A stretch of 64,000 nt of DNA, from positions 1 through 64,000 of the forward strand of contig MU626317.1 of NCBI GenBank assembly GCA_025603075.1. Reading direction: 5' to 3'. The DNA comes from Neoconidiobolus thromboides FSU 785. Lineage: Eukaryota > Fungi > Entomophthoromycota. Position 1 is the first letter of the stretch. Every line of letters begins with the position of its first letter. Both the position numbers and the translations under genes were made by a program. The notes beneath the pieces were generated by a model. That model was not told the DNA's origin. It worked only from the letters and a program-made list of their open reading frames with translations, and did not search any database. Positions 38,292 through 49,927 of this stretch are shown here, piece after piece.

Positions 38292-39489
38292 GGTTGTTTT
38301 AAAAAGATAAACTAATCAAAAAATAAAATTGTGGCTTAAATAAGGTCGCTTTTATAAAAAAACTGGAATTATAATTTGAGATAATGAGGCTATACAACTA
38401 AAATTGGGATAGTTAAGTTGAGTGATAATATTTAAGGGAGTCTATGAAATCTATACTACAAAAAAAGGGATGGTTTATATTATCAAGCGATAAATTTATA
38501 TTATTTCTAATAATGGGTTGTAAGTATAAATAATGTAAATATGGGGGATCTATAAATAAGATAACAATATGTAACAAAAACGGATCTATAAAGTAAAGAA
38601 ATGATATTGAAAATGGCTGCTTAAATCATATTGGGATCTTGAAAGAATAAATATTGTACCAATCATTTATCAATATTTTATTCAACTTTAATAGCAATTG
38701 GGGTACTGCAAGCTCAAGTCTAAGCCATAATTTAGAAGCTATTATTTGAATTGTGGCTTAAATTCAAGAGTTAATTTGAATCTGAGGCTCTCCCTTGGAT
38801 TATTAATGGGATTTAACTGTACATCAATTATTTCCTCCAATTAAACAGCATAAAAATGAAATTTAGTTTTAATTACTTTAAAATTACACAATTGCTTAGA
38901 GAATATTCCAAATATCGTAACTTGATTGGATATTCATTCAGTCAGGGTAACCTGGCTTATTTAATTTAAATGAAAACTATTATTGGCTAATTTCGCCATC
39001 TTCATTAATATAACCCAATCAAAATTTAGATATTGTTATGCCTGATTATAACATCATTTATCAAAATAAAGCTAATTTACTTTATTTGGGATTATTTAAG
39101 TCCGCTGAATGATTAAATAGATCATAGCTTTTATTTAAAGATCATGTTTAAAGCACTGGTCAATCTATTTTCAATAAATAAAAAGGGAGAAGTAAACCTT
39201 AGATAACAGAAGTTATAATTAGACACCATTTTATAAATATTACTCAAAAGCCTTTCTTTATATAAAACTTAAATCAGAATTGTCAATTAATTTATATGCA
39301 CCCACTTCGGATAACAATTCCATTGTTGAGTGGCACTAATTTAAGTTGAAATCATTTTTTGTTATTCTAAATTTTAATTAGAATAAATATTGGTTTTAAA
39401 AGTTATAGAATATTCCAATGGGTATTATAATGATTTATTCATCTTTGAAATCAAAATTTGACACTGCGATATTTTTTATAAAGCTACTC

Positions 39490-39632
39490 TACTACTGGTT
39501 CGATTTAAACATAACTTGGGCATTTTCGTTTTTGTACTTAGTGAATATAAAAATAGACAAAAATTATTATAATTAAACTCAGAAAATATAATTCACAATT
39601 GCCCATGTTATGTTTAAATCAAATCAGAAGTA
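39490..39632. mobile_element. Inverted-repeat element family B copy 1 (~33-bp TIR)
   Basis: Left tactactggttcgatttaaacataacttgggca vs reverse complement of right end tacttctgatttgatttaaacataacatgggca (4 mismatches). Confidence 0.7.
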
Positions 39633-41211
39633 CGTTTTGTAGAGAATTTATAACCTTTATTCGAGTACCTATTATTGATTGTATACTTGTTATTACCAAA
39701 AATCAATGACAATATACTTTAAGTATATATTATGATATTAGCAAAGTGTTTCTTGATTATCATTATTTTGTTTTTTTATTTTAACTAAAGCTTAAGAAAT
39801 ATTTTGATCTTAATATCGATCTGAGATGTTTTTCAGCATTTTGTCAACTTTTTATGTGGCATAAAGTGTTAAAAATATCAGATAGACCATAAAACGCTGT
39901 CGATTTATAGTTTTGCAAAAATTGACTTTAAATATGAATCTAAAAGATCAGTTTATAATATAAATATAAGTGAAACAAGATCAACTTTCTATAAAAAAAA
40001 ACATCGAATAAACTCTGCTTTTAATTTTTAATATAGAATATAAGCTTTAACACGCATCTTGATAAAATTATAGGTCCTAATTTTTAGACTATATAATGAA
40101 TTCAGAATAAAAGTTACTTTTTCCATCCATTTGTTACAGATCAAGTATCTTTTGACTATAGTGTATATCAGAGGATTTTAGAAAAAGATTTTTTTGTGAA
40201 GTTTTTTATTTAACTATATGATTGATAATGTATATGTATATCCATATACTATACTATAACTATTTATTTTTATATATAACACCAATATTCATAATAGAAT
40301 AGCTATCCAGAAGATATAAGAAAAAAAGTTAAATTCATAAGTTTACTAGTATTAGTTTATTATAATATTAATGATTTCAAAATTATTTGGAATTGTGTTA
40401 GAATACGGTGCTTAAAGATTTATTGATAAATGTGGCGGAAACATTGTTTTTATATTTTTATTGTAAATTTTGTGTTAGAACTTAGTTTCAAATATACACA
40501 AAATCAAAATGTGTTTTAGTTATAATTGCTAAGCCAATACAGTTTACTTTTTAAATATAGTTAAAATAGCTCTAATATAACTTAAAAGCCCACTTTGATT
40601 TATAATAATTGTACTGTTTATTAAAAGAAAAAAACGAGCAACTAAAGTAGATATTTAAATAATATTATATATCGATACTGGGTAAGAGCAGGACAATCGA
40701 TGTACACTATAAGACTTTATTTTTGAAAAGAGAAATTTTTTCCAACACAAAAGAATAAAATAAAAAATTTATTTAACTTAATTCAAATATTTTATAACAA
40801 CATTTAGTTGATTTCAAATAATTCACACTTAAAAGAACAAATGAAAGGGTGAATCCACAAAATTAAGGAGAGTTTCGGATAAACTTATAATGGAATTAGA
40901 TAAGAAATTAAGTGACAAGGGAGTATATAATATTTATAATAATGTGCTATGGAACAACACATTGGGATGGAAAATTACAATTCCTTAGTAATATAAAGGA
41001 ACTCTTAATTACATGATTCCTTTAATTAGTAAAGGTTTAAACCGATACACAAATGGTATATATCAGAATTATGCTTAGGATATTAATTTAGCATGGGCAA
41101 TTAATGATCATTAACTAGAATTTATAATGTTTCACTGATTTACTTTAATTGGTAGGCACAGTTGTATAAAATTATAAATACGAAGCCTTAAATTATTTTT
41201 TTATATTAAAA

Positions 41212-42650
41212 ATGTTAAAAAATAATAATAGCAATAATAATAATAGCAATAATAATAATAGCAATAACAATAATAGCATAGTCGAAGAGAAGCAGTTTAA
41301 AATATTAGAAGAAGAATATGAAAGCAATTTATTAAAGGCGTTTAACAAAGAAGGGAAATGCTACTTGGATGATAAAAATTACTTAAGTTATCGAATCTAT
41401 GGCAATGGTAAAAATAAGCTTTTATTTATAATGGGTTTAAACGCTACTGGCTCTCATTGGGGTTATCAAGCCAAATATTTTGGCAATTTAGAAGACTATC
41501 AAGTATGTACTTTTGATAATAGGGGTATTGGTACAAGTTCATGTCCACCTGGTCCATATACGTAATAATACTTGTTTACTTTTTATTTATTTATTTATTT
41601 ATTTCTTTTAGTACTTCTCTTTTAGCCAATGATGCATTAGCATTGTTAAACCATCTGGAATGGAATGACAATGTTAATTTAATAGGAGTATCTATGGGAG
41701 GTATGATTGCACAGCTTATGGCATTAAAACAAACTCAACGTTTTAATTCAGTAACATTCACAAGCACTTATAACTCAGCAGCCTTAGTAGTACCAACCAC
41801 TGAAGATATTCAAATATTTTTTAAAATGTTAAGTAGAACTCGCACAAAAATGATGCGTCCACTAATTAAAGTATGTTTTCCTAAGCCATGGTTAAAAGAA
41901 GAGATATTACCTGGTTTAAGTAATTTTCAATTTTTATTATCAACATTAAAAAAATTCGATTTTGATAATTCAGAACGCTATTCAATGGGAGAATATTGGC
42001 AAGCTATCGCAGCATTATTGCATAATATACCACCTTACCGTTTAAAGCAAATTAAAAAAAGTGGGATAAAGACATTAGTATTACATGGTACTAAAGATAA
42101 AATAATAAGGCCAACTTATGGCACCTTACTATCATCAATATTATCATGCCCGTTAATCCAGTTTAAAAATTCAGGTCATATGTTGATGATTGAAAGAGGA
42201 ATAGAGTATAATTTAATCCTAAGAGCACACATTGAAGGAAAAGAATTAAATCATTACCTTCAACTTGAGAATAGGGAGATTGATAATAAGAACTTAATAT
42301 TAGTAAATGGAGTCGAAAATAAAAAGCTAGAAGAAGAAAGTAACAAATTATGCAACGAGCATAAACCTGAAAAATCATGGTTAAACAAATTATTTCATTT
42401 CAAAAAGAATAACGATTCAATCGAGTTATTAAATAACAACGATCACAGTGATTTCCATGAGGATACTGATAACGATAATGTACTTGACGATAATAATAAA
42501 TCTCCAAACTTAAAAATCGAAAAGAGTTTATCATCACCGATTCCTGAAAATGGCCCTTTCACAATATTAAATAGAAGATCAAAATCCTTTTTTTCGGCTA
42601 ATAATTTCAATGAGTTTTTGCAAAATTATTTAAGTACAAAGCAACATTAA
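41212..42650 (+). CDS. Alpha/beta hydrolase fold protein (one intron near 41563-41610)
   Basis: LLFIMGL, FDNRGIGTSSCP, nucleophile elbow GVSMGG, HGTKDKII, SGHMLMIE. Confidence 0.88.
41221..41277 (+). repeat. (AAT)nAGC coding repeat, (NNNNS)n
   Basis: aataataatagc aataataataatagc aataataataatagc aataacaataatagc. Confidence 0.9.
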
Positions 42651-42689
42651 CCAATATAAATAAATTAAAATATATCTTTTTATTATATT

Positions 42690-44426
42690 TTAAATTAAAA
42701 ATGGTGAATCAATTACTGAATGTCCTACGGCTACTCCACCTTCATTACTAGAGTCCAATTTAGTACGTAACAAATGGCCACCAGATTTATTAATTAAACT
42801 TTGGTCATCATTGGATGGCAAATAAATTCCATAAATCCCTAATTCACTCACAAAGTTCCCCTTTAAGGCTGGTATTCCAAATCTTAAACCTAAATTGTTA
42901 TTATGAAATTTAGGCGGTAAAATTTTATCCATCAATATATAAGCTTTCTTTTCTTCTTCATTTAATTTGTTTAATTGTATTAAAATATCTTCACCATAAT
43001 AATTATTGCCTCCGCCTTCTCTTGATGGCTTCATTACATAATTTTTGACTTTTTTAGCTATTGAATTTAAGCTACTTTCATCTACTGGATATAACCCTGT
43101 AAAACATTGTTGAATGTTGTTAAAATCATTTTCATTTTTAATAAACCTAGAATAAGATAAAGGTAAATATTTATAGCATGATATTAATAATAAATTACTT
43201 TTTTAATATATCTTTATCAGCTAATACCTGTTGTATTTTCTTAGAGCCAACCAGTTGGTATGCTAAGTTTGGACATTTATAAGCATAACTTGACTCTAAT
43301 AACTTTCTTGCTAACCATTCATTGTTACTTGGGTAGTCATTTGGACTATATCCTGAGCGAAAATAAATTACACTAATCTCGTTACCATCAATTATTAATT
43401 TATTGTTATCAGCTTCATTAATTTTAGCTTGTTTATAAACATCACTTAATGTTTTTCTTATAACTTTAATTGAATATCTATAAAACAATAAATAAATAAA
43501 AAGTATAAAAGTTAAGAATGATATTACTTTTCAAATAACTCCAACTCAATATGTCTTTGGTCAAAAATATTACGCTCGTTAGGTTGAACAACAAATAAAA
43601 TGACTGAACTAAGATTAAATTAATAAATATGACTATATAAATATTAAACTAATATTACTCCTTATTGTTGTATAATTCGTGTGTTTTTGCTAATCCATCA
43701 ACAATCGAAGTTAATGCTGAGTTATCTGGTATTTCGCCTTGTTCTTTAGGGAACAAGTTGAAATAATTATCTGTTCTTTCTGAGAGGAACCTACATAAAG
43801 AATATAAATAAAGAACACAAATAAACAAAATAGACTTACTTATGTAGTTTTGTAGTTTTTGAGCTTAAAGCAGCAAATGAGGAGGCAATAGTGTTTAATT
43901 CTACTTGATACAACTTAAATTTGTCTTTTTCAGTTTTAAAAAATTGAATAACATCTTGAGTGTTATTGATTTCCTTATTTAAAGTATCTTCATAATGTAA
44001 CAAATAATCGGAACGATGAATACCCAATCTTCTGTTGATATTTTGATTATTATATAATTCCTTATAAATGAATATTAAATTTTTTAAAAAGTCATCGACT
44101 TCTACTAATGGTTCCAAAGTATTTAATAAAAATTCTTGATCTAAAGATATTTTATCTACCATCTCATTAAATATAGTTTGTATTTTAATAGAATGCTCAA
44201 ATAACTCTTTTGGAAATGGTGTTGGATAAAGGGTTGTCGGAGCTGGAGTTGACAATGAAACTAACCCGATTTCTTTTTGAACAACGTTGGATACAATGTT
44301 AGTAATATCTTCATTGTTTTGATTGTTTTCAGTTAATGGGTAAGGAGGTAATATAGTCAATCCGTTACTAAAGCAATAGAGCTGATTTAATTCGATCAAT
44401 TGGTTTTCTTGTTGCTGACTTAACAT
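42690..44426 (-). CDS. GSH2: Glutathione synthetase; multi-exon
   Basis: PTTLYPTPFPK, LGIHRSDYLLH, QVELNTIASSF, VVQPNERNIFDQ, IYFRSGYSPNDY, KCP...YQLVGSKKIQQ, KPSREGGGNNYYG, SELGIYG, GHLLRTK...EGGVAVGHSVIDSP. Confidence 0.95.
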
Positions 44427-44896
44427 ATTTATAGTTTGTAATAGCAAAAAATAAATTTAAAGGTGTATAATTTATACTTATTGCTATTATGCTATTAGTA
44501 AAACAAATTTCGAAAATCAATAACCCTAATTTTCAGCCAATTAAATTTAGCAATATACATTAGTATTATTAATCCACTATAATTAAGATTCTATAGCATT
44601 CCCCCAAACAATTATACCTGCTTTATAAAGAACTATTTTAAAAACATTTTATAGTTAAAATTTCATATTAATAATGTGAAGCTTAATTTTCGAACTTTCA
44701 TAGCCATTTATCTGTATTGTTTATTCCTCCCAATTAATTATCCCCTACTAATATCGCCGAACATCTTGATCCTCAATATAAATTTGCTTAAATCACCTAA
44801 TATTTTGAATCTTTGTTTAACATATCACCTTTATTAACTTGGTTTTTTTCTAAATTAGCTAGAAGCTTAAATGATAACACACTTAAATACTAAAAG

Positions 44897-45001
44897 ATAT
44901 GAGGATGTTTTTTGGCTTTGTTATTTTTTCCATCTTTTAAATCCTATTTGAACAGAAAAATTGTTAGTAAAATTCTTAGACACAAAAATACATCCTCATA
45001 T
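44897..45001 (-). mobile_element. MITE family A copy 11
   Basis: atatgaggatgttttttggc...cacaaaaatacatcctcatat. Confidence 0.9.
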
Positions 45002-45030
45002 ATTATTCTTATAAAAAATAGAATTTGTTT

Positions 45031-45138
45031 ATACTGGAGTGTTTTTTTTGGTTTCATCACTTTCTCTGTTTTTAGATGTTATTTGAATGGAAAAATTGTT
45101 AGTAAGATTCTTGAACAAAAAAACGCATCCTTCTATAT
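45031..45138 (-). mobile_element. MITE family A copy 12
   Basis: ggagtgttttttttggtttcatcac...gaatggaaaaattgttagtaagattcttgaacaaaaaaacgcatcc. Confidence 0.82.
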
Positions 45139-45331
45139 AATTACTCCCAGTGAATCTAATAAATAAGGAAGCTAATGTGTACTTACTTTTTATTTCATGG
45201 TTTTGAATGATATATTCTATCAGTTTTACAATCTTTTCAAGCTTTACTTCTTTATCTTTATATAAATAATGACTTAATAAATAATGGCATTTAAATAACA
45301 AGTTAACAAACAATAATTGATTATTTCTATT

Positions 45332-45438
45332 ATACGGGAGTGTTTTTTTTAACTTCGTTGTTTTTTCCATTTTTTAAGCGCTATTTAAGCGGAAAATTTG
45401 TTAGTAAAATTCTTAAATATAAAAACACATCCCCATAC
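45332..45438 (-). mobile_element. MITE family A copy 13
   Basis: gggagtgttttttttaac...taagcgctatttaagcggaaaatttgttagtaaaattcttaaatataaaaacacatccccata. Confidence 0.88.
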
Positions 45439-45659
45439 TTTAGTACACGTCTAAAGTTATCAAATTCTCAGCACTAGCTTCTCAATTTACAATAGCAACA
45501 AAAAGCCAATTCACTCTATAAAGTAGACATATACTAACCTTAAATAAAAACTATATGATTTAGTTTTAAGTTTCCATTTTTGATAAGTTATTTAAAATTA
45601 TTTACTAACTTACATATTATTTAAAAAAAACAATATTTTGAAAAATGACTATAAAATAT

Positions 45660-45766
45660 ATATGGGGATGTATTTTTGTGTTTAAGAGCTTTACTAATAA
45701 TTTTTCCACTCAAATAGCGCTTAAAGGATGGAAAAAGTAATGAAGCCAAAAAATACATCCCCATAT
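45660..45766 (+). mobile_element. MITE family A copy 14 (near consensus)
   Basis: atatggggatgtatttttg...gccaaaaaatacatccccatat; near-perfect TIR. Confidence 0.95.
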
Positions 45767-45806
45767 ATTAGTTTATAAAAACTTAAGTGATAGTATCAAA
45801 CTTAAG

Positions 45807-45913
45807 ATATGGGGATGTATTTTTGTGTTTAAGAATTTTACTAACAAATTTTCCGCTTGAATAGCGCTTAAAAGGTGAAAAAAGTAATGAAATCAAAAAA
45901 ATTATCCCCATAT
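45807..45913 (+). mobile_element. MITE family A copy 15
   Basis: atatggggatgtatttttgtgtttaagaattttactaac...aaaaaaattatccccatat. Confidence 0.93.
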
Positions 45914-46110
45914 AAATAAGTAGATAGTTTTAAATTTTACAATAAAATTATAGCAGATAATAGTGATTATTACAAAAAGTAGTCAAAAATTAACTATTAT
46001 TTTAAATAACTTTATAATAATATCATTGTTAAATAAATGGAAAATAGTTTTTTTTAGTTAAAATATCATCTATTATAAATTTAATCTCAATTCAATTATA
46101 AATAAAAAGT

Positions 46111-46217
46111 ATATGGGGGTGTTTTTTTCAACTCCATTACTTTTTCTATTTTTTAAGCACTATTTGAGCAGAAAATTTGTTAGTAAAGTTCTTGAACACA
46201 AAAATACATCCCCATAT
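46111..46217 (-). mobile_element. MITE family A copy 16
   Basis: atatgggggtgtttttttc...cacaaaaatacatccccatat. Confidence 0.92.
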
Positions 46218-46869
46218 GTTTAAAACTATACTATTACATCATCATTTTACTTTTAATATTTTGTTTTATTTAGTTATTTTTAAATATAAAAAGGATGGGG
46301 TTACTTACTACTTTATGTAAAATATAGGATGCTGTATAGGTATTAGGAGTTTAAGAGTAGTGTTAGATCATTATTTTTACTAAAGGGCTTAGTCATTAGC
46401 TTTCATATATTGTAAATAAATTAATTGATAATTATTAATAAAAATAACAAAGATAATAAAAGTAAGATAAGAATTACTATTATTTATACAAAATTGAACT
46501 ACTATATTTGAGATTAATTTCAAATGTATCTACTAAATATAGTCAACTTAATTAATTAATTCATTAAACTAATAGTTTAGTCCAAGTTAACTAAAACACT
46601 TGACACTATCCAGTTTATAAATGTGACATAGCACATGCTATCATCTCACCTTAACTTTATTTATGTTGAAATTAAACTCAGAATTATAATTGATATTCAA
46701 ACCAAGTAATAAAAGAAAACTCGACTCCAGTTATCAAATCAGTTTAGTTTCTAAAGGACTAGTTAATCCAAATAGTTATCAAACTATAAATTCAGTTTTA
46801 ATTTCAATCAAAATAATTCAATAGCATCTAGTTTATAAGTGTATTATAACATCATATTACTTTAAATCT

Positions 46870-46972
46870 ATTTGGAGATATTTTTTTGGCTTCATTACTT
46901 TTTCCATTTAAGTATTATTTGAGCGGAAAAATTGTTAATAAAATTGTTAAATACAAAAATACATCCTCATTT
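46870..46972 (-). mobile_element. MITE family A copy 17
   Basis: ggagatatttttttggcttcattactttttcc...gagcggaaaaattgttaataaaattgttaaatacaaaaatacatcctcat. Confidence 0.85.
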
Positions 46973-47475
46973 ATTTTGATAAATAATATTTTTATTTTAA
47001 TGTATTCAAATTCCCAAAAGGAAGATAAATCCCAATTGATAATCAAGGGAGGGTTGACTTCAATTTAAAAGTATGAGCATGAGTTTGAATAAAAGCTCAG
47101 GTGTGATAAAAAAGTAAGTAAAAAAACAAGTCCAAGACAAGTGGGATTTTGGGAAAAATTTTAAGTATCAATTCCATCAATGTACTTATTGCATTATCAT
47201 CTTGTATCAATCTATTTCATTTAATATTAAAATCCCTTTTTTTAGATTGATTTTAAATCAAATTCAATATTCAATTTTAAACTAAGGGATAAAATTTAAT
47301 ATCTTAAATTTAGCTTAAAATAAGGCTTAGCTAGTAAAAAAACAAGAATTTTCAAAACTTCACGTATCAAGCTCATCAACGTTATTATGATATTATCATT
47401 TCAGTGTTGATGTAAAAAAATTCAAGTAAAATTTTTATCAAATGTAGTAATTGTAGTTTTCTCTCAAATTTCAAT

Positions 47476-47582
47476 ATTTGGGGATGTATTTTTACGTTTA
47501 ATAGTTTTACTAATAATTTTTCTACTCAAATAGCGCTTAAAAAATAGAAAAAGTAATAACGCCAAAAAAAAGATCTCCATTT
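47476..47582 (+). mobile_element. MITE family A copy 18
   Basis: gggatgtatttttacgtttaatagttttactaataatttttctactcaaatagcgcttaaaaaatagaaaaagtaataacgccaaaaaaaagatctccat. Confidence 0.85.
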
Positions 47583-47735
47583 TCTATCAAAATTGAAAAT
47601 AGCCTATATAGTACTATCCTAACCACGAAAATCATGACAGATAATCCACCTTTTTTAGAATGTATTAGTTTAAGCTCGATATCTTGGTAAATTAAATTCA
47701 ATCCATTCCAAAATTTCGCTTTATTTCTATTACTG

Positions 47736-47867
47736 TTGATTCAGTTTTAACATTATATGGGCATTTTACTTTTGTATTTTTAGACTTGGCTCATGGTGGT
47801 TTTTCCTATTTCTTCATTTAATAAATAGAAAGTTCAAAATGCCCATATGATGTTAAAATTGAGTCAA
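47736..47867. mobile_element. Inverted-repeat element family B copy 2 (32-bp TIR)
   Basis: Left ttgattcagttttaacattatatgggcatttt vs reverse complement of right end ttgactcaattttaacatcatatgggcatttt (3 transitions). Confidence 0.75.
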
Positions 47868-48122
47868 TAATGTTCATTTTCCAAAATCATTTATAAATTT
47901 TTCCATGGCCTAAAAGTGATCAAATAAAGGAATCACTTTATAGCTTAATTAAGGGAAATTCTAGAACTTGGAGAATAAAATAAGTCATTAATAAAATTCA
48001 AATCTTCTTGAAATAAATGAAAGAAAAGGGTTTATAAGGAGATTAAATTCCACTTTCTATTGATTCGAATCTTAATTTAACTTACTCGAACTGTCACTAC
48101 AAAATCAAGCTCCTGTTAAACA

Positions 48123-49521
48123 ATGAAATTCGGTAAAAAAATTCAAGAAGAAGTAGAAACCATGGGTCCGAAATGGCAGGCCCATGCTATCCCGTATAAA
48201 AAGTTAAAAAAAGCAATTAAACATGATAGTCCATCCAGCACCAATTATGCTCAACTTTCACCTTTATTTACAAATCTTTGGATAGATCATTTAGATCAAG
48301 CAAATACAATTACGGAAGAATTTATAAAAGAGGAGGGAGAAGGAAGGATGGATGATAAAGATTTCTATCATTTATTATTAAAATCCTTAAATCAATTAAA
48401 ACTATTTCTTAATGAAGCATTTGAAGATACAAAATTAAGGATACTTCATTTAAAAGAGGAGCTATTTGAGGCTACTAACCCATTTCAAAAAGATGTCGTT
48501 GTTTGGTAAATTTTTTAGTTCAGTTTTAAAGTAATGAGGTTTTAACAATTTAACTTTTTTTAAAAATTATTTAGGAGAGAAATCTTTGAATTATATAAAC
48601 AATCCCCAATATGGCAAATTAACTCAATACAAGATTTACATGGTATACGGTATTTAGATATGAAATGTCAATATGATTTATTTTTAAAACAATTATTAAA
48701 GTTAGAAAAAGTAAGTATTTATTCTTTAATTATATTATATTATTTTTATTTCCATTTTTATTAGACAAAAAAATTTGATAATAATCATTCCAAAGAAGCA
48801 TTATTAAAGTTTTTAGAGGTAAATTCCATATTGTATTATCAAGTGTTAAATGTTGACTAAATCTAACCAGACTAATCAACAAATCTTATCATTAATAAAA
48901 TTTTGTGAATTAAATCAAACAGCTGCTATTAAAATATTAAAAAAATTTAATAAAGCCACCACATTAAAGTAAGTTAATTCTTGTTCCCATCTCTTTAGCC
49001 AATCAAAAAATTTAATCTTTTTTATTTTTTAGTTTAACGAACACATTAATAAAAAAAGATAGCTCATTATTATTATATTGTCCGAAAGAATTAACTATTC
49101 AATGGTATGAGTTAATTGAAACTATACTACCTAATATTGAGGATTTTTCATGCCCAATTTGTTTAGGTAAGTTAACTCATTCTAATCCTATATTATCATA
49201 ATATAATATACCTTTTAATTTTAATTAGAAATCATATGGAAACCAACCAGGTTATCTTGTGGACACACTTTTTGTCATTGGTGTTGTATTCAATCTCAAG
49301 TACAACGAAAAAGAGATTGTCCCTTATGTCGATGTAGTGGTGCAATGTTAAAAGTAGATGAAAGAGGGACGGATAAAGCATTAGAAAATTATTTAAAATT
49401 GTATTTTCCAAGGGAGGTTAAAGTGAAAAGAAAACAACAGGAAAAAGAAATGATGTTATGTGAAGTTAGTAATATCCGTGGGGGTGAATTTATGATTAAT
49501 AATGGATGTTGTTTGATGTAA
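48123..49521 (+). CDS. SPX-RING E3 ubiquitin ligase (Pqr1/NLA-like); multi-exon
   Basis: MKFGK...W..HAIPYKKLKKAIK (SPX); N.TAAIKILKKFNK.T; C3HC4 RING CPICL...P..L.CGHTFC.WC...CPLCR; ends GCCLM*. Confidence 0.88.
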
Positions 49522-49927
49522 GAGGAGAGATCAAAAAGGATCATACATTTTTTATTGCATTTTTAAAAGTCATGTTATATTAATTAGATAATTAAAAACA
49601 ATCAATTATAAATGAAATGATTAAAGTTTAAAAATAAAATTTTGTTATATATTTATATATTTATATATTTATTTATTTATTTAGCATTATTGAATATTAT
49701 TTTTAATATTTATTAAATTTAAGCCACCTCCATTTTTAATAATCTTTTCGAAATTAAACAATCTCTATTAACCAATCAAATCTATTTTATACTTCTAAAT
49801 TTACCAATAAAATAAGATTACATCTCGAATTGTAAGAATTTTAAATCTTAAAAAATAGAAGTCAGCTTGACTAATTTGAATTCATTAAAATATAAAAATC
49901 GCTTTATTTTAACTAAAAACAATAGTG

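Noticed and set aside
38640-38860. Minus-strand peptide LEEIIDVQLNP...LRFKL resembling a retroelement chromodomain
   Set aside because: Multiple stops and no conserved aromatic-cage residues; cannot be supported by eye.
39308-39321. CGGATAACAATTCC, matching half of the lac operator (vector contamination?)
   Set aside because: Only 14 nt, no other vector sequence nearby, and it sits within a local genomic hairpin; treated as coincidence.
40830-41115. Coding-like, purine-rich stretch upstream of the hydrolase
   Set aside because: All frames are broken and no family is recognisable; at most an unidentifiable remnant.
44897-46217. Repeat-spacer-repeat pattern as a CRISPR array
   Set aside because: Eukaryotic context; units are ~105 bp, occur in both orientations, have irregular gaps and are dispersed through the window; no cas genes.
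47040-47110. AAGGGAGGGT|TG... plus AATAAAAGCTC shared with the 1231-1359 segment (second LTR?)
   Set aside because: Similarity is limited to 11 nt; no matching CA end or further alignment.
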